From positions 3,423 through 67,422 of the IMG/VR virus record IMGVR_UViG_3300010885_038456: a stretch of 64,000 bases of DNA; one strand, 5' to 3'. This DNA comes from a virus. A program made the translations under genes and the position numbers. The notes under the pieces are model-generated. The model had not been told where the DNA came from, searched no databases, and saw only the letters and a list, made by a program, of their open reading frames with translations. Shown in pieces: positions 30,177 through 38,427 of this stretch (position 1 is the stretch's first letter; every line of letters begins with the position of its first letter).

Positions 30177-31709
30177 ATGAAAAGATGGTTAGTATATGTG
30201 ATAATATCGGTTATATTATTTATTTCGCATAAAGCGAAAGGACAAACCTATACCCAAACGTTTGTTGACAGATGTACTGGTGAAACCAAATTAGCAGTAA
30301 CTACCTATATAAATGGTAATGCAGTAGTTTCGTTTTACAATCAAATCAGAACATTCACACCAATTGAAGTTCAGAGTGGAGCATTGCAAGCTTGGTTGAT
30401 AACAACTAAGGTAACATATGAAGCAATGACTTGTCCAACTGCTACCGTCATAACAAATGTAATATCAACTACCATATCTCAAACCGTTGCAAATACAGCA
30501 ACGGCTGCAGCAGCTTCGGCAGCGGCAGCGGCAGCATCAGCAGCTGCATCTGCTGCATCTTCTGCTGCGAGTAGTTCGGCATCTTCTGCTGCGAGTAGTT
30601 CGGCATCGGCAGCTGCAAGTGCAGCGGTATCAGTTCCAACTCCAACAATGGCGCCACCACCACCAACACCAACTGCAACACCACCACCTGCTCCGGCAGC
30701 AGCACCAGCTCCTGCACCTACCGAAAGTAAACCAGCAAGTGCAGCACCTGCTCCCGCTGAAAGTAAGAGTGAACCGAAACCTGCTGAGAGTAAAACAGAA
30801 GCCAAAACCGAATCAAAGGAAGAAGCTAAAACCGAATCCAAAACCGAATCAAAGGAAGAAGCTAAATCGGAAAGTAAATCTGAATCAAAGGAAGAAGCTA
30901 AATCGGAAGAAAAGAAATCAGAATCTAAATCAGAAGAAAAGAAATCAGAATCTAAATCTGAACAAAAGAAAGAACAGAAGAAGGAAGAAGCCAAAAAGAA
31001 AGAAGAAGAGAAGAAGAAAAAGGAAGAGGAACGGAAGAAGAAAGAACAACAACGTGCATTGAATCCAATGTTGCTAGCATCCGACTTAACTGCTTCGCAA
31101 GGTGCTGATGGTAAATATACTGAATCCATAACCATTGGTGTTAGTAAATCTTCTATGATGGGAGATAAGAGTTGGAGTGGAACATCTATGATATACAGTA
31201 ACCTTACTCAGTTTGTATTGGCAGGTGGATATACGAAGATGATGTTCAAAGATGGTGGGTTAAACGCAATACACTCATACTCAACAGCTGAGGCTTATTT
31301 ACAAGGTAATTATATGAACTTAGTTGGATATACATATATCAAACCAAATCCAAAATATGGGACGTATGGGTACAATGTGGGGGTTATAAATCTATTCCTA
31401 AAGGATGGTACTAAATTTAACTATAATATGTCCTCATCTATCGTAGCATTTTGGACAAAACCATATCCGTATAGTAGGAAGTTAGTTATATCACCACAGG
31501 TATTCACAATGTTCTCACCCGTAGCATGGAATACGGTAAGTGGTGTTACTACGATAAATACGAATATGGGATATATGTTGGGGGCATCGTTTGATTATAA
31601 GATAAGTAAGAGATTCGGATTCAGTTTTAACTATAAGTTTAGTGGTTCTACTCAGAAGGGTATACCAATATTGAATAACTTTTTAATAGGTAGTAGAGTG
31701 ATACTTTAA
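30177..31709 (+). CDS. exported protein with long Ala/Pro/EK-rich linker and C-terminal beta-barrel-like domain
   Basis: Signal peptide; poly-Ala/Ser, Pro-rich and ESK(S/T)E repeats; aromatic alternating C-terminal strands. Confidence 0.75.
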   Translation: MKRWLVYVIISVILFISHKAKGQTYTQTFVDRCTGETKLAVTTYINGNAVVSFYNQIRTFTPIEVQSGALQAWLITTKVTYEAMTCPTATVITNVISTTISQTVANTATAAAASAAAAAASAAASAASSAASSSASSAASSSASAAASAAVSVPTPTMAPPPPTPTATPPPAPAAAPAPAPTESKPASAAPAPAESKSEPKPAESKTEAKTESKEEAKTESKTESKEEAKSESKSESKEEAKSEEKKSESKSEEKKSESKSEQKKEQKKEEAKKKEEEKKKKEEERKKKEQQRALNPMLLASDLTASQGADGKYTESITIGVSKSSMMGDKSWSGTSMIYSNLTQFVLAGGYTKMMFKDGGLNAIHSYSTAEAYLQGNYMNLVGYTYIKPNPKYGTYGYNVGVINLFLKDGTKFNYNMSSSIVAFWTKPYPYSRKLVISPQVFTMFSPVAWNTVSGVTTINTNMGYMLGASFDYKISKRFGFSFNYKFSGSTQKGIPILNNFLIGSRVIL

Positions 31710-31758
31710 TTGAAAAATATATACTTATACCTATACTAATTTAAACAGATATTTATTT

Positions 31759-32406
31759 ATGAAAAGAGTTTTTTTATCAATTGTTATGGTTCTATGGTTA
31801 TCTGTAACATCACTTATCGCACAAGATTTGGTTACAATTAAGCACACAAACTATACAACCACATTTTCCAAATCAAAGAAATACCCAGTAGAAGTAGAAT
31901 GGTGGATTACGAAAGCAAAGATTGCATGTACTAAACCATTGGCTAGAAAAGATAATTTTAAACCAGACCCACAATTAGTAGCAGAAACAAACATTGCGGC
32001 TGATTACGTTGGAAGTGGAACGGATAGAGGACACAATATGCCAGCAGCAGAGAATCTATGCCAGACACCTGCTGTGCAAGATGAGTGTTTTTACTTTACA
32101 AATATGACTCCCCAGTATCATTCACTCAACGCTGGAGATTGGAAATCCGTAGAGGTGTTGGAAAGACAATTAGCAAACGAAAACGATTCTGTACATGTAT
32201 GGTGTGGTTCAGTTGGAATTGCAAAAGTATTGGGAGCAAATAAGGTAGCAGTTCCTACACAATGTTGGAAAGTAATTTACATTGTAAAGAGCAAAGAATG
32301 GAAAGCATATATATTCAATAACACAACAGATAAACCAACTGGTATACCATCCCACATTGTACCCGTTGCAAATGTAGAAAAATTAACAGGGTTTAAATTC
32401 AAATAA
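31759..32406 (+). CDS. secreted DNA/RNA non-specific endonuclease (NucA/EndoG family)
   Basis: Signal peptide; DRGHNMPA, FYFTNMTPQ...LN...W..VE, VAVPTQCWKV. Confidence 0.9.
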   Translation: MKRVFLSIVMVLWLSVTSLIAQDLVTIKHTNYTTTFSKSKKYPVEVEWWITKAKIACTKPLARKDNFKPDPQLVAETNIAADYVGSGTDRGHNMPAAENLCQTPAVQDECFYFTNMTPQYHSLNAGDWKSVEVLERQLANENDSVHVWCGSVGIAKVLGANKVAVPTQCWKVIYIVKSKEWKAYIFNNTTDKPTGIPSHIVPVANVEKLTGFKFK

Positions 32407-32407
32407 T

Positions 32408-32626
32408 ATGATGCTACAACTCAACCCAATGATTCCGATTGTAAGAGTAAGTGACAAGATGAAAGGATATGTGTTCATGGTGATTGATTATTCACAAGAA
32501 CATGATATCCTTTTTACTTGCGCAATGGATAATGGTGAGATTTGGACATTACCAAATAAAGAGATTCGGTTTAATAAAAACATATCATTAGACCGGAAAG
32601 TAATTAGTTATAAGAATCCAAGCTAA
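32408..32626 (+). CDS. hypothetical phage protein
   Basis: LQLNP.IP...IDYSQEHD...NGEIWT..N..IR motif. Confidence 0.75.
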   Translation: MMLQLNPMIPIVRVSDKMKGYVFMVIDYSQEHDILFTCAMDNGEIWTLPNKEIRFNKNISLDRKVISYKNPS

Positions 32627-32647
32627 TTCTAACTTAATACTAAAACT

Positions 32648-33037
32648 ATGAGTACAGATGCACATTTACACTTATTAGTAAGAGGATATATTAAAACACC
32701 ACCTAAGAATGAAAAACTTTTAAATATTTGGTTTAAACAATTGGCACTTGAAATTGGTATGAAGCACGTTACTCCACCAATTTCTAATTATATAGAAGAT
32801 ACCGGAATGGCCGGAACGGCACTATTTGATACGGCAGATACTTCTATACACATCTGGGATAATACTCCAACATCCCTAATTCAATTTGATTTATATAGTT
32901 ACACTAAATTAAAACCCAAAAAGGTATTGGCTCACATAAACGCGTGGTTTGAATTGGATAGTGTGTATTGGCAACTTATCGATAGAAGTAACGATGGATT
33001 CAAAGTGATGGATTCTGGCGATAGTGTGAAGATTTAA
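32648..33037 (+). CDS. S-adenosylmethionine decarboxylase-like protein (SpeD/SpeH fold), active site degenerate
   Basis: HLHLLVRG...SIHIWD...IQFDLYS layout; the expected (E)TSH cleavage site reads DTAD. Confidence 0.65.
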   Translation: MSTDAHLHLLVRGYIKTPPKNEKLLNIWFKQLALEIGMKHVTPPISNYIEDTGMAGTALFDTADTSIHIWDNTPTSLIQFDLYSYTKLKPKKVLAHINAWFELDSVYWQLIDRSNDGFKVMDSGDSVKI

Positions 33038-33142
33038 CATCTTTTAACATTATTTAACTAAATAAATTTGGCGGTTTGGATATAAATACCTATCTTTAGG
33101 TATTGAGTTTAGAGAGTTATTAACCACTAAAAATTAAAAGTT
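33033..33142 (+). repeat. conserved early promoter-leader repeat, copy 1
   Basis: (TTTAAC)x3 phased, TTTGG-N19-TATCTTTA, GGTATTGAGTTTAGAGAGTTA...AAAAGTT-ATG. Confidence 0.85.
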
Positions 33143-33442
33143 ATGAGTTACATTAGTTCAGAAAATGTTTTAGAAACAATCACAGAGATTGGCGAGTTTG
33201 AAGGGTCTTTAGATAATATGTCGGGGACATTGGAATGGTATAATAAGAAATCCGGCGTTACCATATACGCCACTCCTAATTGGAATATCGAAGGTGAAGT
33301 TCCGTTTGATGTTTCAACAAATGGTGGAGAGTGTGATTATCACAATGTATTTACCATTAAACTGATTAAAGGTGATATTTCTACACAATGTACCCACTAT
33401 CTGAATGTATTACGAATCGTTATGAATCACTATTCAATTTAA
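33143..33442 (+). CDS. hypothetical early protein
   Basis: 99 aa ORF directly after repeat copy 1. Confidence 0.75.
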   Translation: MSYISSENVLETITEIGEFEGSLDNMSGTLEWYNKKSGVTIYATPNWNIEGEVPFDVSTNGGECDYHNVFTIKLIKGDISTQCTHYLNVLRIVMNHYSI

Positions 33443-33454
33443 TCCAAAAAAGTT

Positions 33455-33790
33455 ATGAAAACTGAAGAGTATTTAAAATCCAATCCAATCGTTAACAACT
33501 TTATTAACGAAGTCAATACCAAAATTGAAACGTATTACAAAACCAAACTTAGTTCATTAAGATTTGAACCTGTGATAGTTGAAATTGGTAATAAGTTTAT
33601 TAAAATCTCCCACAATACGTCAGTATGGGGATTCATCAGTAGAATAGATGGTAATCTCAAAGGAGCTCCAATCCGTAAAGGTGATTTATTGAAACCGGCA
33701 TCCTGGAGAGCACCGGCTAAACACGCTAGAGGTAACATCATCGATGGTACTCAGAGTTATGATACTTACGGACCAAGTTATATGAGATAA
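33455..33790 (+). CDS. conserved phage hypothetical protein
   Basis: SVWGFI...GDLLKPASWRAPAKHARGNI motif. Confidence 0.8.
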   Translation: MKTEEYLKSNPIVNNFINEVNTKIETYYKTKLSSLRFEPVIVEIGNKFIKISHNTSVWGFISRIDGNLKGAPIRKGDLLKPASWRAPAKHARGNIIDGTQSYDTYGPSYMR

Positions 33791-33900
33791 TTAACAATTA
33801 TTTAACATTATTTAACTAAAATAATTTGGCAGTTAGGATATAAATACTTACCTTTAGGTATTGAGTTAAGAGAGTTGTTAATCACTAAAAATTAAAAGTT
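33791..33900 (+). repeat. promoter-leader repeat, copy 2
   Basis: Near-identical to copy 1. Confidence 0.85.
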
Positions 33901-34248
33901 ATGAGTTTACCATTTAATCCAAGTTCCTTAGTTACAAAATTAGAAACCATAAAAGGTTGGGAATCACTTAAAAGTTCAATCCCATATTGGGGTGATATTT
34001 GTTTTTCCGCATTGGAAGAAACAATTTCAGAATATGAAGAATGGCCAGAAGACCAGGGGTTCGGTAGTTCTGATACCACTTATGCTGTTCAATCTTTCAT
34101 TAATTCTATTATTCAACATAGTGCGTTAGGAGAAAAGTTTATGACTAGTTTCACTCCATCACTTTCAATCGTTGAATATTCAGAATCACATATTCCAATC
34201 GATGAAAATCCTAATTGGTATGAAGTATATCCCAATTCTCAAAAGTAA
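33901..34248 (+). CDS. hypothetical acidic protein
   Basis: 115 aa ORF after repeat copy 2. Confidence 0.75.
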   Translation: MSLPFNPSSLVTKLETIKGWESLKSSIPYWGDICFSALEETISEYEEWPEDQGFGSSDTTYAVQSFINSIIQHSALGEKFMTSFTPSLSIVEYSESHIPIDENPNWYEVYPNSQK

Positions 34249-34275
34249 TTAATCATTAAAAAAATAAAAGTTATT

Positions 34276-34440
34276 ATGAAAAAGTTTGAAATTAGTTATT
34301 ATGGTTGGATTCCATTGTATGGTGATTTTGATGGTGATGAGATAGAAATCGAAGCCGAATCGGAAGCTGATGCTTGGAATGAGTTCAATACTCGTGTTAA
34401 GTTTGTAAAGAGTGCATATTGTAAAGAAATCCTTAATTAG
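34276..34440 (+). CDS. hypothetical small protein (not in ORF track)
   Basis: MKKFEISYYGW...IEIEAESEADAW..., 54 aa, A-rich start context. Confidence 0.6.
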   Translation: MKKFEISYYGWIPLYGDFDGDEIEIEAESEADAWNEFNTRVKFVKSAYCKEILN

Positions 34441-34448
34441 AAAAAGTT

Positions 34449-34775
34449 ATGAATAAGTTACCTCGTGGTTATAATATTGAAGTTGTTATTAGAGAATTGC
34501 GCACCAAAGATGGTATAGCAAAAACAACAACTTATCGGTTAGTACACATTCGAAAAGGGATAGATAAGATATTCATTTCAGAAGAAGCAGCATTCAAACA
34601 TATCCAATTGTTAGAGTTTAAGAAGATAGAAGATAAAGCTCTATCTGGTAAAGGAGCATACTTTGCAGGAGCATCTACTATAATAAACGCTGGGAAGGAT
34701 TTAGAAGCAGCAAATGAGTTATCTACTATATGGGATGATTCGGTAGTTAACACCTCTCAAATCGAAGCAGAGTAA
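34449..34775 (+). CDS. hypothetical protein
   Basis: 108 aa ORF with AAAAGTT-ATG start. Confidence 0.7.
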   Translation: MNKLPRGYNIEVVIRELRTKDGIAKTTTYRLVHIRKGIDKIFISEEAAFKHIQLLEFKKIEDKALSGKGAYFAGASTIINAGKDLEAANELSTIWDDSVVNTSQIEAE

Positions 34776-34921
34776 CAATGGCAAACATAATATCTCTGTG
34801 GGTAGGATACACTATATTGTGGATAGCAGTAAATATAGGTAGACGAGATTGTTGCAAGATAGAAAGGTTCTCAGAGGACTGGTGGGTTATTATATTACTA
34901 CTAATAATCGGGTCTACATTC

Positions 34922-35029
34922 TTAACAATTATTTAACATTATTTAACTAAAATAATTTGGTGGTTACGTTTAAATGTTGTATATTTGAGTATTGATTTTA
35001 GAGAGAGTTATTAATTAAAATAAATTATT
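34922..35029 (+). repeat. promoter-leader repeat, copy 3
   Basis: Phased TTAAC, TTTGG, TATATTTG, GTATTGATTTTAGAGAGAGTTA. Confidence 0.8.
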
Positions 35030-35413
35030 ATGAGTTTAAGAGAAAAAGGATTTAAGACAATTTTTAGTGATATCGATGGTACATTGATTGAGCAAGTATA
35101 TTTTAACGAATTAGACCCGAATGTGGTTAATGTGTTAGAAGGAGTTAAAGAAAAGATGAATGAATGGTATGAAGCCGGACATTGTATTCTACTTACTACT
35201 GCAAGACCGGAAGAGTTAAGAGAAGTGACCGTTAAACAAATGGAAATCGCTGGGATACGATATCATCAATTGATAATGGGTGTTGGAAGAGATGAGAGAA
35301 TTCTAATCAACAACAACTCCAAAGGTACACCAAATGTTCCCAGAGCATTATCGGTGGCAGTACCGAGAGATAATGGTTTTGAAAACATCCAATGGAACGA
35401 AGTTGGTTTGTAA
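35030..35413 (+). CDS. small HAD-like phosphatase
   Basis: IFSDIDGTL, LTTAR, YHQLIMG; motif IV reads INN. Confidence 0.75.
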   Translation: MSLREKGFKTIFSDIDGTLIEQVYFNELDPNVVNVLEGVKEKMNEWYEAGHCILLTTARPEELREVTVKQMEIAGIRYHQLIMGVGRDERILINNNSKGTPNVPRALSVAVPRDNGFENIQWNEVGL

Positions 35414-35469
35414 TTGAATGATTTTAAAGATATTTTATATTTATAGGATATACATACATCAATAGAGTA

Positions 35470-36222
35470 ATGATAAAACTAAAGAACTTATTAAGTAAGA
35501 AAGCACTGAACGAAGGTGTGTACGATCCTGGAATCCTAAAGTGTATCTTCTTAGCAGGTGGACCTGGAAGTGGTAAGAGTAAAGTATCACATGATATCTT
35601 TGGTATAAGTGATACCTTATCTTTTTCAGCAGGTGGATTAAAGATTATCAATTCCGATACTGCGTTTGAAACACAACTTAAAAAGAATGGAATTGACCCA
35701 AAAGACTTAGCAAAAATAGAAGTAGAAAATCCAGATTTATGGGATACCATTACAAAAGACCCACATGGTGCTAGAGAAACTGCTAAGAGAACAACATTGG
35801 GTATTAAAGCATTCTATGAAGCCGGTAGAATTGGAATGATTATAGATGGTACTGGTGATGATGTTTTGAAGATTAGAACACAGAAAGAAAGAGCAGAATC
35901 ATTGGGATATGATACATATATGGTATTCGTAAATACTTCATTGGAAGTGGCAAAGTTCAGAAACTCAAAGAGAGATAGAGTATTGCCTGAGAATCTATTA
36001 GTTCCTATATGGAAAGAATGTCAGAACAACTTAGGTAAGTTCCAAACTATGTTTGGTGGTGGATTCCGTATTGTTGATAATACAAATAATGGTAACAATG
36101 TTACTCCGGATATCCAAAAAGCAGTTGATGAATTCATTCGTAAACCTATCCGTAATGGTATCGGAAAGCAGTGGATGTTAAATGCAACGGCACTTAAAAA
36201 CGCAAATATAATAAAACGATAA
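35470..36222 (+). CDS. P-loop kinase (zeta toxin/AAA_33-like)
   Basis: FLAGGPGSGKS, INSD..FE, IIDGTG, MVFVNTSLEVA..RN..RDR. Confidence 0.8.
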   Translation: MIKLKNLLSKKALNEGVYDPGILKCIFLAGGPGSGKSKVSHDIFGISDTLSFSAGGLKIINSDTAFETQLKKNGIDPKDLAKIEVENPDLWDTITKDPHGARETAKRTTLGIKAFYEAGRIGMIIDGTGDDVLKIRTQKERAESLGYDTYMVFVNTSLEVAKFRNSKRDRVLPENLLVPIWKECQNNLGKFQTMFGGGFRIVDNTNNGNNVTPDIQKAVDEFIRKPIRNGIGKQWMLNATALKNANIIKR

Positions 36223-36223
36223 T

Positions 36224-36598
36224 ATGTCAATGAATAGTGAACAATTCCGAAAACTACTTGAACGGACAATCCGAGAAGAAGTTAAGAATATAATCAATGA
36301 AGATACTCGGAAGTGGACTATTGAAGATATAACATACGATGATATCCAACAGATGTCAGTACGTGTCAAACTACCAAATCAGCCGGGTGGGGCGTTGGAA
36401 ATAAACAAAGAGCACAACTTTGATGATTGGAAAAAAGATTTTACTCGTCATTATGGTACTGATGGTAATATTTTACTAATCGGTAAAGATAAGTTTGAGA
36501 TACAAGGAAATCACAAATGGGATAAAGCCAATAAAGATATGGCGAATTCAATGGGTTCGTATTATGGTAAAGGAAATGGTAATTATACCGGTGATTGA
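36224..36598 (+). CDS. hypothetical protein (possible virion internal protein)
   Basis: N-terminal LLERTIREEVKNIINE helix. Confidence 0.7.
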   Translation: MSMNSEQFRKLLERTIREEVKNIINEDTRKWTIEDITYDDIQQMSVRVKLPNQPGGALEINKEHNFDDWKKDFTRHYGTDGNILLIGKDKFEIQGNHKWDKANKDMANSMGSYYGKGNGNYTGD

Positions 36599-36650
36599 TT
36601 TGGAAATGTAAAAAAATTGTTGTATATTTACAAAAACGAATAAAAAGATA

Positions 36651-37226
36651 ATGACAAAATTGACTGATATATTAAAGAAAGTATTGGGTAATACCACATA
36701 TCATGAGAACTCTATATATCCAAAGAATCTACATGAAGCATTCCGTCTTAATGGATTTTCAGTTGATAAACGTAATGGAAAACTATATGAAACTACCTAC
36801 TATAATATAAAAGGTGAGAGTGTTTTATTAGAAGATAATGATAAAAAAACGTTTTACAATAAGGGTGGTATCATATCATTCTCAACCGATGTAAATGCAG
36901 TTCAGAGTTCTAAAAATAAAGTGTTGAACTTTATTAAAAACAAAGTGGCAACTTACAAAAATAGATTTATGAAGAATGCAAAGATATATAAGGTATTAAA
37001 CCGGCATTCTGAAATATATGGAGTTACTATTGGTAATTTTGTTAAAGGAAGATACAAAGATAAGGATGGTAATTTTTATAATGAAAAATCGTTATCAATT
37101 GAAATCATTGGTATCACAACCGAAGTATTGGATGCGGTAGCTAAAGATTTAACAAAAGAATTCACACAAGAAAGTGTATTGGTAAAGAACTACGCAACGA
37201 ATGATATATACCTAATTTATAAGTAA
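36651..37226 (+). CDS. hypothetical protein
   Basis: MTKLTDIL leader; C-terminal F.QESVLVK. Confidence 0.75.
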   Translation: MTKLTDILKKVLGNTTYHENSIYPKNLHEAFRLNGFSVDKRNGKLYETTYYNIKGESVLLEDNDKKTFYNKGGIISFSTDVNAVQSSKNKVLNFIKNKVATYKNRFMKNAKIYKVLNRHSEIYGVTIGNFVKGRYKDKDGNFYNEKSLSIEIIGITTEVLDAVAKDLTKEFTQESVLVKNYATNDIYLIYK

Positions 37227-37268
37227 AGCATTATTGCATACTTAATTTCCCAAAAATTATTAGGAATA

Positions 37269-37407
37269 TTTGGAAATCTAAAAAATTTATTGTATATTTG
37301 TAATGTACTAACTAAGTATGGTTATCCTACTAACACAACTAGCGGACTTAGTTATTAAAAAAACTACTGAGAATATTTGGTAATATCAAATATTTTTTGT
37401 ATATTTG
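37269..37407 (+). promoter_or_regulatory. two tandem Bacteroidota-type promoters (37269-37300, 37376-37407)
   Basis: TTTG-N20-TATATTTG twice. Confidence 0.75.
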
Positions 37408-37440
37408 TAAAATTAATTAATTAAAAATCAAAAAAAAAGT

Positions 37441-38046
37441 ATGTGTATGAAAAGAATGATGTTTGTTATTAGTGTAGTGGTTGGTTCAGCAATGTTGTTT
37501 ACATCTTGTGCAAAATTTCCACAAGCAGAGTACGATTCTGCAAAAGCAAGTGTGAGTGAAGTTAAAGCAGCTGGAGCAGATGTGTATGTTCCAACAGATT
37601 TTAAAGTGTTAACCGATTCTTTACAGAAAACAGAAGTTACTCTTAATTATGAAAACTCTAAATGGTTTAAAACATTTAAACAATCTAAACTAAGTTTAGC
37701 AGGAGTTAGTAACTTAGCAGTTGAAGTTAAAGGTAAAAACACTAACAGAAAAGACCAATTAAAAAAGGAAAATGAAACTTTAATCAAAGAAACTACTGAG
37801 TTAGTTGCACTTGATAAAGAATTGTTAACCAAAGCACCAAAGGGTAAAGATGGTAGGGCAGCATTAGCAGCAATCGCTGGTGATATCGCAGTTGTTGAAA
37901 CTACGGTTACTGAAGCAACTACATTGAACGCATCTAATGATTTCTTAGGAGCAAATGGTAAACTTAAATCAGCAAAGGACAAAGCAGTGACAATTCAAAC
38001 TGAATTGCAGAACGCTATTGACAAATCAAAAGGGCATACGAAGTAA
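37441..38046 (+). CDS. alpha-helical lipoprotein (DUF4398-like)
   Basis: Lipobox FTS-C; P.AE...AK..V......GA..Y.P. Confidence 0.75.
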   Translation: MCMKRMMFVISVVVGSAMLFTSCAKFPQAEYDSAKASVSEVKAAGADVYVPTDFKVLTDSLQKTEVTLNYENSKWFKTFKQSKLSLAGVSNLAVEVKGKNTNRKDQLKKENETLIKETTELVALDKELLTKAPKGKDGRAALAAIAGDIAVVETTVTEATTLNASNDFLGANGKLKSAKDKAVTIQTELQNAIDKSKGHTK

Positions 38047-38162
38047 TTCTTATTCCAAAAAATTGATTGATGGTTGAAGCCATCAAATAATAAAACCGAT
38101 TGAGTGACCACTTTCTCTATATGTAGGGGGTTAATAAAGCCGGATATCATCAATCAATACCT

Positions 38163-38233
38163 GCGGTGGAAGTGTTACGGTAGCACAACAGACTTCCAGT
38201 TTGAAAGAGAATGTTCAATTCATTCCCACCGCT
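38163..38233 (+). tRNA. tRNA-Gly(TCC), atypical
   Basis: GCGGTGG/CCACCGC acceptor, U73, anticodon loop CT-TCC-AG, T-arm GAATG-TTCAATT-CATTC; A8 and U14. Confidence 0.8.
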
Positions 38234-38251
38234 CTTTAATTTAATTACCTC

Positions 38252-38319
38252 GCGGGTTAAGTGTTACGGTAGCACAGAAACATTCCAGTTTCAGGAGAGA
38301 TTCGACTTCTCAACCCGCT
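38252..38319 (+). tRNA. tRNA-Gly(TCC)-like, strongly atypical (68 nt)
   Basis: GCGGGTT/AACCCGC acceptor, same D-arm as copy 1, irregular anticodon loop, 4-bp T-stem GAGA/TCTC. Confidence 0.6.
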
Positions 38320-38358
38320 CACTTAGTTATGGTTCTAATAAGTAAAAACCAACATATT

Positions 38359-38427
38359 GCGGTATAAGTGTTATGGTAGCATAATGTACTTCCAGTACAA
38401 AGGAGCTGTTCAATTCAGCATACCGCT
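38359..38427 (+). tRNA. tRNA-Gly(TCC), atypical (69 nt)
   Basis: GCGGTAT/ATACCGC acceptor, loop CT-TCC-AG, 4-bp T-stem GCTG/CAGC, U73. Confidence 0.7.

Noticed and set aside
30487-31062. 191 aa Q/H/L/R/K-rich alternative-frame ORF
   Set aside because: By-product of the Ala/Pro/EK repeat linker in 30177..31709
38163-38427. Reading the tRNA trio as Trp(CCA) or suppressor tRNAs
   Set aside because: Centring CCA in a 7-nt loop destroys the anticodon stem; the acceptor and U73 match Gly
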